DNA of 49,297 nucleotides from a virus (IMGVR_UViG_3300014656_000039:1-49297); one strand, 5' to 3'; shown: positions 27,853 to 38,201, numbered from the stretch's first letter. A program made the numbers and translations. Notes: generated by a model from the letters alone, not told the origin.

Positions 27853-28737
27853 TTACGGAGTTGCAGTCGTTGAAGGAATAACCGCTCCACTCGCAGATTG
27901 ATACGCAACTTTACAGCCAACAGCACCCATAAGACCAACATCCATTAACTCTTCCTGAGTAGCATCTAGGGAAAGAACCGAAACATTTTCAAGCAATCCC
28001 GTTGAAGAGGAGTTAAAGTCGATTGCTGTTAATGTCATCCCGATAAACCGACAATCTTTTACAAGAACACCAGTATCGGTTTTGTCGCTGCGAATACCCG
28101 CTTCGTCTAGGTTACCAGAACCTAGATAATTGAAAGTACAGCCTTCAACTGTCCAGTCAACACAGTTACCAGTACCCTGAAGGTCAATAGCGCAATCAGG
28201 GTTTGCAGCCGTTCCAAGAAACAAACAATCTTTAAAATGGAACCTGTCGTACCCACCAGTAACGATAACGGCAATCAACGGAGCAGCTCCATGTTCCAAT
28301 GAACATCCAATACAGCTAAAGTCATTAGCTACTATCGAAATCAGACTGGTACAAGTAGCAGTCGTCCCTACAAGCCTGATGTTTTGAATCGAGAAGTTAG
28401 CTGCCGTTACGTCAATTAAATCAGTCGCCGCAGCAGTTGCGGTCAAAGTAGGTCTTGCCCTACCTCTTCCTATACCGATAACCGTTACGCCTGCCACATC
28501 CGCAGCTATAGCCGTAGTCGTTTCTGCATGTCCAGGGAATAAGTAAATAATATCCCCGTTAGTTGCAGTACAGAGGCCAATAGCATAGTCCAGCGTTGCC
28601 ACAGGAGCGTCCACGCTTTTTCCGTCATTGCTGTTGCTACCAGTTCCACTATCAACGAAGAACACATTGCCAGTAGTTAATTCACCGGCAACTGGTACTC
28701 CGCCTAACTGGTAAACTTGATCTCCAAAAGTTGTCAT
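27853..28737 (-). CDS. Right-handed beta-helix (pectin-lyase-like) virion protein
   Basis: VFFVDSGTGSNSNDGKS...ATLDYAIGLC...GDIIYLFPGHAE; directly after capsid gene. Confidence 0.75.
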   Translation of the reverse strand: MTTFGDQVYQLGGVPVAGELTTGNVFFVDSGTGSNSNDGKSVDAPVATLDYAIGLCTATNGDIIYLFPGHAETTTAIAADVAGVTVIGIGRGRARPTLTATAAATDLIDVTAANFSIQNIRLVGTTATCTSLISIVANDFSCIGCSLEHGAAPLIAVIVTGGYDRFHFKDCLFLGTAANPDCAIDLQGTGNCVDWTVEGCTFNYLGSGNLDEAGIRSDKTDTGVLVKDCRFIGMTLTAIDFNSSSTGLLENVSVLSLDATQEELMDVGLMGAVGCKVAYQSASGAVIPSTTATP

Positions 28738-28754
28738 TTGCTATTCACCTCCTT

Positions 28755-29654
28755 TTAGGTTACTTTATGACCGTAAATCCACGGCCATGCGGCAAATGTA
28801 GTGTTATATCTCATATACACAGACCACTTCGAAACCAACGTATCGGAATCCCTGTCATAGTTATATTCAGGTTTTACCCTGTCAACCCACTTCAGGAACA
28901 ACTTTGCCAGCCGTGAATCAATGAAAAACCAGTTGTTTGAATCCGACAGTCTGCGCCATACAGCCAGTTTGTACCGGCCTTGATGGAAGTTTGCGTTATT
29001 GTCAGCGGTATCCACTTTGCCCTTAGACTCGATTAACTGATAGGCTTTTTCCTCAAGACCAACAGGTGCGAGAATCAAGTCGTAATTAATTTCCAATATA
29101 TCTCCCCTATCGTTGTAAAGCTGGTTAAAACCTATCCTTCGGGTAGCTTCTACGCTAACTGGTGAAAAGGCACTTGTGCCAGCATTGCTTTGAGTCGTTG
29201 CATCGTCTGGTGAGTACGGATGGGAACCGTTACAAAGTGACACAGCATCTCCACCATCCGTTCCGACAAAAGCACCGTTAAACGGGCTTGCGCCGGATTT
29301 CTCTCTCGTTCTTGCAACGGCAATAGCCATCTGGCGAGGGCGTGAATCCATTATCCCGAACTGGTCGTCATCAGCCAGCTTTCTTTCCACTTTGAAACCT
29401 GTTGCTCTTTCGGGAAAGTCCACTGTGACATCGTAGAGTTGGGATACAGAATCGTAATCTATCGACCCATCAAACAGGCCAACATCGCCCATTGCCCCTA
29501 CACCACTATACATCTCATAGGCTTTGGTGCTGGTTTCCATACCATACAGCATGGGAACCATGCTACCGTCTATTGCCTCCTTGTACTCATCCAGGTAAAT
29601 CTTCTTGAACCTAGAATCAAGGAGGTCTCCAAAATTCTCACTTATTGCTACCAT
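28755..29654 (-). CDS. Major capsid protein (Mu gpT-like HK97 fold)
   Basis: GFKVERKLADDDQ, GGDAVSLCNGSHP, LSDSNNWFFID, WPWIYG; strong RBS. Confidence 0.88.
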   Translation of the reverse strand: MVAISENFGDLLDSRFKKIYLDEYKEAIDGSMVPMLYGMETSTKAYEMYSGVGAMGDVGLFDGSIDYDSVSQLYDVTVDFPERATGFKVERKLADDDQFGIMDSRPRQMAIAVARTREKSGASPFNGAFVGTDGGDAVSLCNGSHPYSPDDATTQSNAGTSAFSPVSVEATRRIGFNQLYNDRGDILEINYDLILAPVGLEEKAYQLIESKGKVDTADNNANFHQGRYKLAVWRRLSDSNNWFFIDSRLAKLFLKWVDRVKPEYNYDRDSDTLVSKWSVYMRYNTTFAAWPWIYGHKVT

Positions 29655-29673
29655 GTTCGTTTACCTCCTTTGG

Positions 29674-30489
29674 TTAGTCTGTACCTGTGATAAACACAGA
29701 GTAGGACGGCAATAAGAAGTGATGGAAAAAATGTGCATCAGGTATAGCTATACCATCGTGCTTGTTTCTATCTAACCCCTGCCGTGGCATTGTTGGTGCC
29801 TCGACAAAATGGTCAAGCCCGACTACTGCTATATCCCAATCACCATCATCGGTTTCACTCTTAATGTCCGTGTAGGTTGCGTTTAAATCTAACTTGTTTA
29901 CAAACGCAGGAAGGATGACTAAATAATCATCCGCAGCTACTACAGCACCACTAAATGCTGTCGCTACCGTAATGGCCTCTCCTGTATTGGCACTATCAGT
30001 AATGTAATGTAACTTGTACTGATTTGCGCCATTCAGGAAGTATAACCACCCACCAATCAACAGATCATCCGTATCAATTTTGGCCGACCCGCATGTCAGT
30101 GTCGTTCCAGCGGCGGAAGCAGTTGCACCAGTATCGTAATTAGCCGCAGCTAATCTATCAGCACGTGCATATTCAGCTTCAATTATACTGGTAGGTGTAA
30201 TCGGGGTAATCTTCCTGCGAACCATTCCATACGTTGCACTATTCGGCAAATACCCTGATCCCGTGCCAGTACCAATATCCTCTTCGAGTATCCCGAAATG
30301 GTTCAAAGTGACAGTAGCATTAACCGCAGTGGTCAAGAATCGTCCGTTGTCAACATCGGCCACGTCCATCATCTTAACCAACTGCCCTTTGTAACAGGCT
30401 GTCCCACCATCTGCCGCTAAGGCAGCATTGAAGAACAGATCCATAGGCATCGGCCTGCCACCGCCACACAAATCTCTTACTACTTTCAT
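29674..30489 (-). CDS. Capsid-associated (decoration/cement-like) protein
   Basis: Immediately upstream of capsid; A/T/G/D-rich. Confidence 0.6.
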   Translation of the reverse strand: MKVVRDLCGGGRPMPMDLFFNAALAADGGTACYKGQLVKMMDVADVDNGRFLTTAVNATVTLNHFGILEEDIGTGTGSGYLPNSATYGMVRRKITPITPTSIIEAEYARADRLAAANYDTGATASAAGTTLTCGSAKIDTDDLLIGGWLYFLNGANQYKLHYITDSANTGEAITVATAFSGAVVAADDYLVILPAFVNKLDLNATYTDIKSETDDGDWDIAVVGLDHFVEAPTMPRQGLDRNKHDGIAIPDAHFFHHFLLPSYSVFITGTD

Positions 30490-30515
30490 GTGCGGATTTC
30501 TCCTTTCGTTTTATT

Positions 30516-31220
30516 TTAAAACTTTAAACAAGGTTGAAAAGGAAACAATAATTTGTCAGACTTTTGTTTGTTGTCATTTAGGGAGATGAGACGTAAATTA
30601 CTTAACGCCCAACATCTTTTAAAATCGAGATCGTCAAATGTCGAAAAATTGAATGCAGAAACGGGGATAATGTGATCAATAGACAAATTTGTTTTCCCTG
30701 CTTCATAATCTATCCATCGGTATCCTTGTGGAATTGTTTTTTTTAACCTTTTTATAAGGTCTAAGTAACAATATCCGAGAATATCTTCCCAATGGAAGCC
30801 ATTCTTTTTTGCATTGAGACTTCTCTTAATCCCTGTCGAAATAATACGGTTTAAGCGATATTTAAAGTCTGTACGATACCTTTTATTGAGGTATTTTCTT
30901 GCATACAGATTTCTTTTTTCGGGCAACCGTACTCGTCTGTCTTTCTCGTATTCCTGTGAATATTGTTTCCTTCGTTCATTATTCTCGTCCCTCCACCGTT
31001 TATTTTCCGCAAGAGCTTTCTCTCGATTGTTCCAATAATATCGAGTCGAATAAATATTAGCCCTAGCAGCGTTTTTCGGTATAGCGTAATACTTCCCTCG
31101 GCGTATTTTTTGACATTCTTTGCAGTGTGATTGAACACCAATTTTTCTATCCGCCCTTTTATGAAAAGCAGACAATGGTTTTTCTTCACAACACCTACTG
31201 CAAACTTTCATCTCTGCCAT
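30516..31220 (-). CDS. HNH endonuclease (homing-type)
   Basis: CSRCCEEKPLSAF...CKEC zinc finger; IDHIIPVS...LSNLR...N motif; AT-rich. Confidence 0.8.
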   Translation of the reverse strand: MAEMKVCSRCCEEKPLSAFHKRADRKIGVQSHCKECQKIRRGKYYAIPKNAARANIYSTRYYWNNREKALAENKRWRDENNERRKQYSQEYEKDRRVRLPEKRNLYARKYLNKRYRTDFKYRLNRIISTGIKRSLNAKKNGFHWEDILGYCYLDLIKRLKKTIPQGYRWIDYEAGKTNLSIDHIIPVSAFNFSTFDDLDFKRCWALSNLRLISLNDNKQKSDKLLFPFQPCLKF

Positions 31221-31429
31221 GTTTTATACGCTTTGGTTCCGCAAAAGGGACATCCGGCAACAACTACCGGATCGTCAGGACATTGATCCTGAGTATGCGT
31301 AACTGCTACATACGTTAGACCTGACCCTGAGCCTGTTTTGTCCCTGTCAGTGTTGCAGGGGAAACCGCACCTGGTACAGCGAAAGAACGTAGTGTCCTCG
31401 TTACCGCTTGGAGTTCTTGTCTTTCCCAT
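31208..31429 (-). CDS. Small zinc-binding protein
   Basis: CTRCGF...GCPFCG. Confidence 0.65.
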   Translation of the reverse strand: MGKTRTPSGNEDTTFFRCTRCGFPCNTDRDKTGSGSGLTYVAVTHTQDQCPDDPVVVAGCPFCGTKAYKTWQR

Positions 31430-31447
31430 TTAGAAAAGGAGACCTCC

Positions 31448-32176
31448 TTAAATACCGTACTGCTCTCGAACTTGCGGAGATAAACAATCTATATACTCCT
31501 GCTCGTTCTTGAATAAACCCTTTGCTTTGTCTCTTTCATAGGCTTCTTTGAACCTTGGAGGTAGCTTGGGTTTTGCTCCTGGTCTGACGTGCTTCCCGCC
31601 TTTTAACAGACCAAGATTATCTCCCTCGTCAGGGCTTGGGTTGAGTTGCTTCTCATAATGATCTGCTCTTGCTAATTGATAAGCATACTCAACGGCCTCT
31701 GCGACCGGATAACCTTTGTTCTGTACGGCATCTTCAGCAACGCCTTTCATAGTCTGAAAAATGTCCTTGTATAAGGGTTTCTCAGCGTATGAAACTAAAG
31801 TCTTATCGACTTCTAGTTGTTTAGTCTTCGTTAAATTCGTTTGTGCCTGTTGACTCAGTTGAACTACCCTACTAATGGCCTCAAAAGGCTTGCCACTAAA
31901 TATCTGTTCTGAAAGCTCCTGTTGGAGTTTCCCTACGGCATCATCATTATCAGTAGTAGTAATTGCTGGCCTTCGTGTCGATTCGGTAATCATTGGCAAA
32001 ACATCTTTCTCTATCTGAGTTTTAACAATCCTACCCATCAGTGAACCAATCTGTTGCAACTGAGCCTTTGAAAACTTCGGCCCTCCATCTTCCTCTTCTT
32101 GACTTTCCAGGGCTTCTGATTCTTCGCCAACTTCTTCTTGGGTTTCTTCAGTAGTATCCTGAGTTTCGTCTGTCAT
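31448..32176 (-). CDS. Capsid scaffolding protein (putative)
   Basis: Acidic N-terminus, helical, between portal and capsid, AAGGAGG RBS. Confidence 0.7.
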   Translation of the reverse strand: MTDETQDTTEETQEEVGEESEALESQEEEDGGPKFSKAQLQQIGSLMGRIVKTQIEKDVLPMITESTRRPAITTTDNDDAVGKLQQELSEQIFSGKPFEAISRVVQLSQQAQTNLTKTKQLEVDKTLVSYAEKPLYKDIFQTMKGVAEDAVQNKGYPVAEAVEYAYQLARADHYEKQLNPSPDEGDNLGLLKGGKHVRPGAKPKLPPRFKEAYERDKAKGLFKNEQEYIDCLSPQVREQYGI

Positions 32177-32200
32177 AAAATCGTTCCTCCTTTTAAAGTT

Positions 32201-32299
32201 CCCCCAAATAAAAAAGCCGCTTCATGTCGTGCGCACGAAACGACTTCTTTATATAGATAATGGGGGTATCAGTTAGGGGAGCTACCCCTACTGATTATT
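32201..32299 (-). promoter_or_regulatory. Structured cis-RNA element, copy A (upstream of scaffold)
   Basis: Hairpin + CCCCC..AAAGAA-stem-UUUUUUAUUUGGGGG; G-U pairs valid on minus strand only. Confidence 0.65.
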
Positions 32300-32307
32300 C
32301 GATTTTT

Positions 32308-32655
32308 TTACTTACCTTTCGGTTCTTGTAATGCCTTCTCCATCTCTATCATTGCTGTTAGTAAACTCTGTACCGACTTAATCCTCTGGCATATCTCACA
32401 AACACATAACTTACCCTCTGGTGCTAACATCGCTGCCAGCATCGTCACCTTAATCCTGTTACCCCAATCTTCAAAGAGAACCCTACCGGGACCCTCCCTC
32501 AAGTTTCTGAACTGTTCTTTTCTTTTCTTTTTTAAAGCGTTCAAAAAAGCAGTATTTTCAGGGAGGTTAGGGTCCGGCATGGGTTCGTATTCATCACCAA
32601 ATAGTATCTTCCAACCAAGTACACCTTCCATCGGTATAGATTTGTTGTCTTCCAT
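32308..32655 (-). CDS. Hypothetical protein after portal
   Basis: TAATG coupling; CVCEIC. Confidence 0.6.
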   Translation of the reverse strand: MEDNKSIPMEGVLGWKILFGDEYEPMPDPNLPENTAFLNALKKKRKEQFRNLREGPGRVLFEDWGNRIKVTMLAAMLAPEGKLCVCEICQRIKSVQSLLTAMIEMEKALQEPKGK

Positions 32656-34601
32656 TAAGCATTGCCTCCGGTATAAGTCAGTTGTCTCATCTCTTGTTCC
32701 GGTTGAGACATTGGGATACCTTTCTCGTTAGACGGTGCCCCCTGTTGCATACCCCTTCTAAGCATTTGCATTGCACCTGCACCTGTCTGCGGTTCGTAAA
32801 AGTCCTCGTCAAACAGTGCTGCCTCTTTCGGCATATTCCTGTTCCTGAGTATATTGCCCCATAAAACATTCAACACTTTTGCCGTATTAGGGTTGTTCAC
32901 CTGTGACAGTACGGATATAAGTTGAACATCCTGTTGTATTTCAGCATTTCTCTGGTATTCGAGTTTTACGCTGGAGGCTGCTGGTAAGTATTGATAGACT
33001 TCTTCCCAATCGGAGAATTTGAACGGTTCACGAAGAATGGTTTGTAGGGTTAGTGGGTGTACAAATTTCTTTGCAAAGCGTATATCCATCTGTGCTGAAG
33101 GTATCAAGGCAGTTTGTTCAATCATCTTGACAATGAAATCGAGTTTACCAGCACTCATCTGAGCATTCATCACATTGGTAGTAGCCGCCTTCTCTTTGCC
33201 CAAACCTTGCATCGGTGGGGTTATAGATGAAGTAAGTTGAATTTCGTTATCAATCAATCCATGTTTCTGCCAAGCATCTTTCGTGATATTACTTGATTCT
33301 TTGAAGTATATTGAATCGGCAGGGGGGCCACCAACTAACCATCTTTGCCCCGGAGCATACTGCATCGTATCCCAGTCCCATAAGGCAAACTTATTGACGA
33401 CTACCGGAGGCATTAGGTTCTGCCATATTTCATCAAACGAAGCATTCATGTTGTCGTTAAGTGCTGTGGTAAGGTCTTTGACAGGTTCTATCATACCGAT
33501 AGAGTTCCACCTTTCGGCATCAAGATAGATATGCAGGTCGATATAACCCATTTCGCCGTAAGGATTCTTGTCAAAGCGTATCAGGACAGGCACTTCGCCA
33601 GACTTGGCTACGGTGACTATCATCTGCTTCATTACCACTTCGCCACTACCATATATCTTTTCCTTATCAAAACACGGTATCCACTCACCATTCTGCTTCG
33701 TCTTGTAAACAGGAAATACCCCTTGCCTTTCGTAGACTTCTACATCAGCGTAAATATCGCTGTCCGGAGGCATATCCTGACCGTCTATTCCGGCCAATTT
33801 GCTCTTGTCCTGTCTTTCAGACGATTCGGTAGAACTGGTATTCGGACTAATCTGGTCAAGGTTCATGTAATCAATATCGGAAGAATACAATGAGTCTAAA
33901 TCCATCATTTCACGATGCGTTATAAACCGACCCGCCCTGATAGACTGCCCTGGCTTGAGCAACCAGTCACTAACTACATTACGGTTATTGACTACCTGGT
34001 TATCGGGCCAATCCTCAATGGGGATAGTACTTTTTATCGTTCTTATAAATGGTTCGGACTTGGATACTGCTCCCGTTTCCTGATCGAGTTCAATTGGTAT
34101 ATCTATCGTAATCGTCTGAGATTTGGTTTTTAATACCTGATGCCATCCCTTCTTTAAGATACCAACACCATTAAGTAACCCTCTAAGGGTAAGCATAACG
34201 ATAGTAAGGAAGAACGGTACATGCTCTGGCGACTCTGAATTTAGAGTGTTCCAGAACTCTAGTATTTCTTCTCTTGCCCACGCCTGTTTCTTATCGTATG
34301 ACTTAATACCTATTATGGGGTTTGCACCAAAAATCTTCTGCGTGACGTATGGTATTGCCGTCCAGACGATTTGAAAAACCTTGTTTACCACTACATTAGA
34401 CTGCCAATCGTAATTCTTTGTCGGGCGTTTACCACGAAGCATCTGGTAAATATCTTCGTAGAGTGTGTTTAAGTCGTCAACGTACTGCTGTCCTTTGTCC
34501 CATTCACTCATTACAAGATTGGCTAATTGCTCCTGCCAATCGTCTCTGGTTTTAGTGTTTTCGGTTTCCGTTATTTCTTCCATACTATTGTAAGAGTTCA
34601 T
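32655..34601 (-). CDS. Portal protein
   Basis: 648 aa downstream of terminase; GLLNGVGILKKGW, IRFDKNPYG, GMIEPVKDL...LND motifs of podophage portals. Confidence 0.85.
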   Translation of the reverse strand: MNSYNSMEEITETENTKTRDDWQEQLANLVMSEWDKGQQYVDDLNTLYEDIYQMLRGKRPTKNYDWQSNVVVNKVFQIVWTAIPYVTQKIFGANPIIGIKSYDKKQAWAREEILEFWNTLNSESPEHVPFFLTIVMLTLRGLLNGVGILKKGWHQVLKTKSQTITIDIPIELDQETGAVSKSEPFIRTIKSTIPIEDWPDNQVVNNRNVVSDWLLKPGQSIRAGRFITHREMMDLDSLYSSDIDYMNLDQISPNTSSTESSERQDKSKLAGIDGQDMPPDSDIYADVEVYERQGVFPVYKTKQNGEWIPCFDKEKIYGSGEVVMKQMIVTVAKSGEVPVLIRFDKNPYGEMGYIDLHIYLDAERWNSIGMIEPVKDLTTALNDNMNASFDEIWQNLMPPVVVNKFALWDWDTMQYAPGQRWLVGGPPADSIYFKESSNITKDAWQKHGLIDNEIQLTSSITPPMQGLGKEKAATTNVMNAQMSAGKLDFIVKMIEQTALIPSAQMDIRFAKKFVHPLTLQTILREPFKFSDWEEVYQYLPAASSVKLEYQRNAEIQQDVQLISVLSQVNNPNTAKVLNVLWGNILRNRNMPKEAALFDEDFYEPQTGAGAMQMLRRGMQQGAPSNEKGIPMSQPEQEMRQLTYTGGNA

Positions 34602-34633
34602 TTCTTACTCCATTACGGGTGGAGAATATTTCT

Positions 34634-34846
34634 TCAAAAATTCCTAACATAATCTATTGTATCTAAAAGCATATTTCCATTCCAGGTTACATGTCCTACT
34701 TTGTGTCCATTTTCCCAAACCCATCCCTTACGAAAATAATGTGGATAAACTCTCGACATCATTCTTGCCGAACAAAAAAAACCAGAACTTCTTGGTGAAT
34801 ATAATAGTGCCATTTCGTTTAATCGTTGTTCTATCCAATCTTTCAA
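34634..34846 (-). CDS. Hypothetical protein
   Basis: Probable TTG start right after upstream stop. Confidence 0.45.
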   Translation of the reverse strand: MKDWIEQRLNEMALLYSPRSSGFFCSARMMSRVYPHYFRKGWVWENGHKVGHVTWNGNMLLDTIDYVRNF

Positions 34847-34847
34847 T

Positions 34848-34979
34848 TTATTTCTTACCCTTTTTGTTTGCCATAATCGCTCTATGAGCACGTTTAGCTT
34901 TTGCTACGGACGAATATGTTCTTAGTTTCTTGCCCTTTTTCTTCCCATGACAGTGATATATGGTCTTACCTTTTCTCAC
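34848..34979 (-). CDS. Small very basic protein (43 aa)
   Basis: GTG overlapping upstream TGA; MRKGKTIYHCHGKKKGKKLRTYSSVAKAKRAHRAIMANKKGKK; not in ORF track. Confidence 0.55.
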   Translation of the reverse strand: MRKGKTIYHCHGKKKGKKLRTYSSVAKAKRAHRAIMANKKGKK

Positions 34980-35314
34980 AACCTATTCTCCAAAATCCGC
35001 ACTATACGATGGACTTCTTCTTCTATATCGTTAATCGTATAACCCCTATGTTTTGCCATTTCCTTTAATTTACCAAGCAATAATGCTTCGACAACTTCAT
35101 GTTTAGCAAGTATATCAATAGGGGCATCAATGTTGCCCTTATTCAGCCTAAAAGTCACTTGCCTAGAGTTTAAATTCAAGTCGTATTCAGCCTGAGCATC
35201 TTCTAATTTTTCCCATTCGTAATAAACCCACCAATCGTATATCCCAAGTCTATCTATTATTTTCTTACACTCTATCTTGAACTTTTCAAAATCCTCTGCC
35301 GTTGTTTTCGGCAT
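34976..35314 (-). CDS. Hypothetical protein (zincin-like, HEVVE variant)
   Basis: RLGIYDWWV...AKHEVVEALL. Confidence 0.55.
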   Translation of the reverse strand: MPKTTAEDFEKFKIECKKIIDRLGIYDWWVYYEWEKLEDAQAEYDLNLNSRQVTFRLNKGNIDAPIDILAKHEVVEALLLGKLKEMAKHRGYTINDIEEEVHRIVRILENRL

Positions 35315-35315
35315 T

Positions 35316-35552
35316 CTATAAATTCCCTTCCATGATTTCTTTCGTCAGGAACATACTGTAGTCAGCTTCGTAACCGCATATTTCATTGAAGAAAAGGAAT
35401 ATGCAGTCGTACTCCTGTCTCTCGGAGTATTTTCTGAGAAATGCCTTAACATCGTCATTCATCTCAGGATAGCCCTTGAACGTCCGAAACCAGTTATGAC
35501 GATACAATTCTGATACCGATTTCTGTCCATAACAAAAGACATTACTACCCAC
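35316..35552 (-). CDS. Hypothetical protein
   Basis: GGAGG RBS, overlaps terL end. Confidence 0.55.
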   Translation of the reverse strand: MGSNVFCYGQKSVSELYRHNWFRTFKGYPEMNDDVKAFLRKYSERQEYDCIFLFFNEICGYEADYSMFLTKEIMEGNL

Positions 35553-37122
35553 ATGGCCTCCCTGTTACTGATACATGCTTGGGTTTAAGCTGACTCGGCC
35601 TGTTATGAAAGAAATGAGAGGCATATAATAGCCGATGGTCTTTCGCTAGGCATTCCAGAACCATATTATCGTGAGAATACCGTTGCTGTGGTGTAGGTTT
35701 CGGGTCGTTTACCGCCTTTGTTGCTGCCGTTACATATTCCCCGAACCGCCATTTAATCAACGATTCATTGGTCTTAGGGCACGTATCGCAAATCCACATA
35801 GTAGGTAGATACTTCATAACACCATGTTCTTTGTAGGGATTGGTAAACGGCTTGCCACACCTAACGGCATTCTTGAACCGTTTGCCAACTTCATCTCTTC
35901 CGGTAGTTCCTTTCGTATCCCATGCTTGCCAGAATGCAGGAGCACGCATTTCGGAAAAGTATCTGTTAAGGTCGTCAACAGTAGAAAAGAGTGTATTTGC
36001 CTGTTTTGTATTGGCAAGTGGGTCAATCAAATTCACCGTATAATCATAATCCATCGACTTGCGCACCATCGACTTACTTATTTCATACGTATTATAAGCA
36101 TTCGGACCATCAATCGCAGGGTGAAATTCTTGCCATAAGAACCATTCGTTTTGAGGACTTGCTGCCAGCCACCCTATTGACCACGGAATGCGTGATTCGT
36201 GAAAGTCAATTCCCCTTCCATGAGTCCAATCGTAAGGAATACCATCAGAAAACGTCTTCTGAAACGGTATGTAACAGATTCTCGGATCGTAAGTCTTATG
36301 TACCCTACCCGTAACTGCCTTAAATACCCCATACCGTCTCAAGTCGATTTCATCGGGGTTAGTTTCGGCAAACAATCTTTCTATGGCATCAGAGGTCAAA
36401 ATCGGGTTATCATCGGTAGCCATTTGAATACATCCAATATCGTATCCTGTCTTTTTATGTTCTACTTGTGGTAATCCGAATTTTTCTTGAATCGTTGTCG
36501 TTCTAAAGATATAAGAAGCCTTTTCCCAAATTTCATCGAAGCAGTACGATAGGGGGTTCACCGGAGTTAATGAGAAATACTCATCTCCGTCCTCACTAAG
36601 CAGCCTCATCTTGCACTCTTCCCTTATTGCCTTTGGCGTCTCCTCATCATGCCATACAGAAGATAGTTGAATTTTGCCTAAATCCTGTAATTCCTGTTTC
36701 GATGATCGGAACTCGAATACCGTCTTGCCATGCACGGGGCTACTGACAACTAAATTCTGACTTCTAGCGGTAATATCCTTCTGAATCATCTCGTAAGGAA
36801 TTATCTTCTTCAATTCGAGATACTGCGTATTATCCTGTTCCTCTTTTTCCGTACTTTCGGGCAACGTAGAACTCATACACCGTATCTTTTTAGCCAGTTT
36901 ATTCTTATATTTAACCGGATGCTGCCCGATAACCCTTGTAAAGTATTGATAGGCAACCCCCATGGTCTTACCGCCTTGATTGCCAGAAAACACCCCTATT
37001 ATCTTATGAGGCATGTGCAATAAAACCACTAACTGCTCGGTTTTTATAATGCTCATAAACCCCGCATAGGGGGCAAACCGTGGATCGTCCGCAGTCAGTT
37101 TAGCCAGTTGTGGTTGCTGCAT
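35545..37122 (-). CDS. terL: Terminase large subunit
   Basis: Walker A SGNQGGKT, Walker B VWHDEE, TP coupling motif, DNPIL, RNase H-like GIDFH and terminal D. Confidence 0.92.
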   Translation of the reverse strand: MQQPQLAKLTADDPRFAPYAGFMSIIKTEQLVVLLHMPHKIIGVFSGNQGGKTMGVAYQYFTRVIGQHPVKYKNKLAKKIRCMSSTLPESTEKEEQDNTQYLELKKIIPYEMIQKDITARSQNLVVSSPVHGKTVFEFRSSKQELQDLGKIQLSSVWHDEETPKAIREECKMRLLSEDGDEYFSLTPVNPLSYCFDEIWEKASYIFRTTTIQEKFGLPQVEHKKTGYDIGCIQMATDDNPILTSDAIERLFAETNPDEIDLRRYGVFKAVTGRVHKTYDPRICYIPFQKTFSDGIPYDWTHGRGIDFHESRIPWSIGWLAASPQNEWFLWQEFHPAIDGPNAYNTYEISKSMVRKSMDYDYTVNLIDPLANTKQANTLFSTVDDLNRYFSEMRAPAFWQAWDTKGTTGRDEVGKRFKNAVRCGKPFTNPYKEHGVMKYLPTMWICDTCPKTNESLIKWRFGEYVTAATKAVNDPKPTPQQRYSHDNMVLECLAKDHRLLYASHFFHNRPSQLKPKHVSVTGRPCG

Positions 37123-37336
37123 CTTCTTCCTGTTCCTTACCGTTCTGTAAGTCCAAGAGTTTCTGTCTCTTTGCCGCGCGTTCTTCGATTAAGACTCTTT
37201 TAGGAATAAACACGGTGCCACACTTATAGCATCCCAAAAGATTCTTGCCCCAGGGCTTCAGGAAGTCCCTGAATTTCTCCCTACAATTCGGGCAACATTC
37301 GTCTTTTGCATCATCAAACTTACTGGCTACTTTCAC
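37100..37336 (-). CDS. Small zinc-finger protein
   Basis: CPNC...CYKCG; AAGGAGG RBS, GTG start. Confidence 0.6.
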   Translation of the reverse strand: MKVASKFDDAKDECCPNCREKFRDFLKPWGKNLLGCYKCGTVFIPKRVLIEERAAKRQKLLDLQNGKEQEEDAATTTG

Positions 37337-37347
37337 AAAACCTCCTT

Positions 37348-37599
37348 TTAAAAAGAGATAGGTTGCCTTCCATCCGTGAAATGCTTGATTCCCTTTACAG
37401 ACAGAACGGTATCATCAGGATCGAGTTCGTAGGTAACTATCTCGTCTACTTCGCCTGTTGGATAATAACTCCAGGTAATCTTTTGCTTCCTTAGCAAAAC
37501 ACCTTCGGAATCTCTTATTTCGTATATTCTCTTTACCTGCCCATGTGGACAATCTTCGGATTCAATTAGAACAGTTACCAAATCACCTAAAATTCCCAT
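37348..37599 (-). CDS. Hypothetical protein
   Basis: Coupled to DUF1566 gene. Confidence 0.6.
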   Translation of the reverse strand: MGILGDLVTVLIESEDCPHGQVKRIYEIRDSEGVLLRKQKITWSYYPTGEVDEIVTYELDPDDTVLSVKGIKHFTDGRQPISF

Positions 37600-37601
37600 C
37601 C

Positions 37602-38201
37602 TTAACCTCCGCGGACTAAAAGGACATAATAAGCTGCCGTCTTGACAGCATAAGTAGGCCCTGCGCCATTATCAAACCTAATATCAAATGCATCGGTGGT
37701 ACTTATTGGATGGGTTGAAGATGTCCATATTATGTTACTTGGAAATGATGCAAATGCAGTATCGTCAATAAAAGGTGCTGTTCCTTCTATCTCCAAAAGA
37801 GAATCAACTTCTTTATAATCTGGTATCCTCCAATCTGAATACCCCGCTAATTCAGCAGTATTCGCAGCAGTACAGTAAGGGAATATCCCTTCTGCCGTTG
37901 CTCCAGCTCCAGTAGTCGTCCACGGTATCTTCCCATCCGATCCCGGCCCAACCGAAGCCGATACATACCGAGAAAACATCAACTTCGTCCTGTTATCAAA
38001 AACACAGTTGTTACTATGAGCATCCGTCTTGGAATTGATGGTGATATTAGTGGTGCCAGCATGAGTTAAAGTAGTTAAAATCTCATAATACTTTGAAAGC
38101 CCCTTTTCGTAATACCCATCATCCAACTCTGACGCATACTGAGTCGTCTGACCCGTCTTTAACAACCTACCCAAGACCTGCGTCCTTAACCTTACCCCCA
38201 T
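37602..38201 (-). CDS. DUF1566 / Lcl C-type-lectin-fold protein
   Basis: LKTGQT, VFDNRTKLMF, AGYSDWRIP..KEVDSL, WTSST, VLLVRGG. Confidence 0.85.
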   Translation of the reverse strand: MGVRLRTQVLGRLLKTGQTTQYASELDDGYYEKGLSKYYEILTTLTHAGTTNITINSKTDAHSNNCVFDNRTKLMFSRYVSASVGPGSDGKIPWTTTGAGATAEGIFPYCTAANTAELAGYSDWRIPDYKEVDSLLEIEGTAPFIDDTAFASFPSNIIWTSSTHPISTTDAFDIRFDNGAGPTYAVKTAAYYVLLVRGG

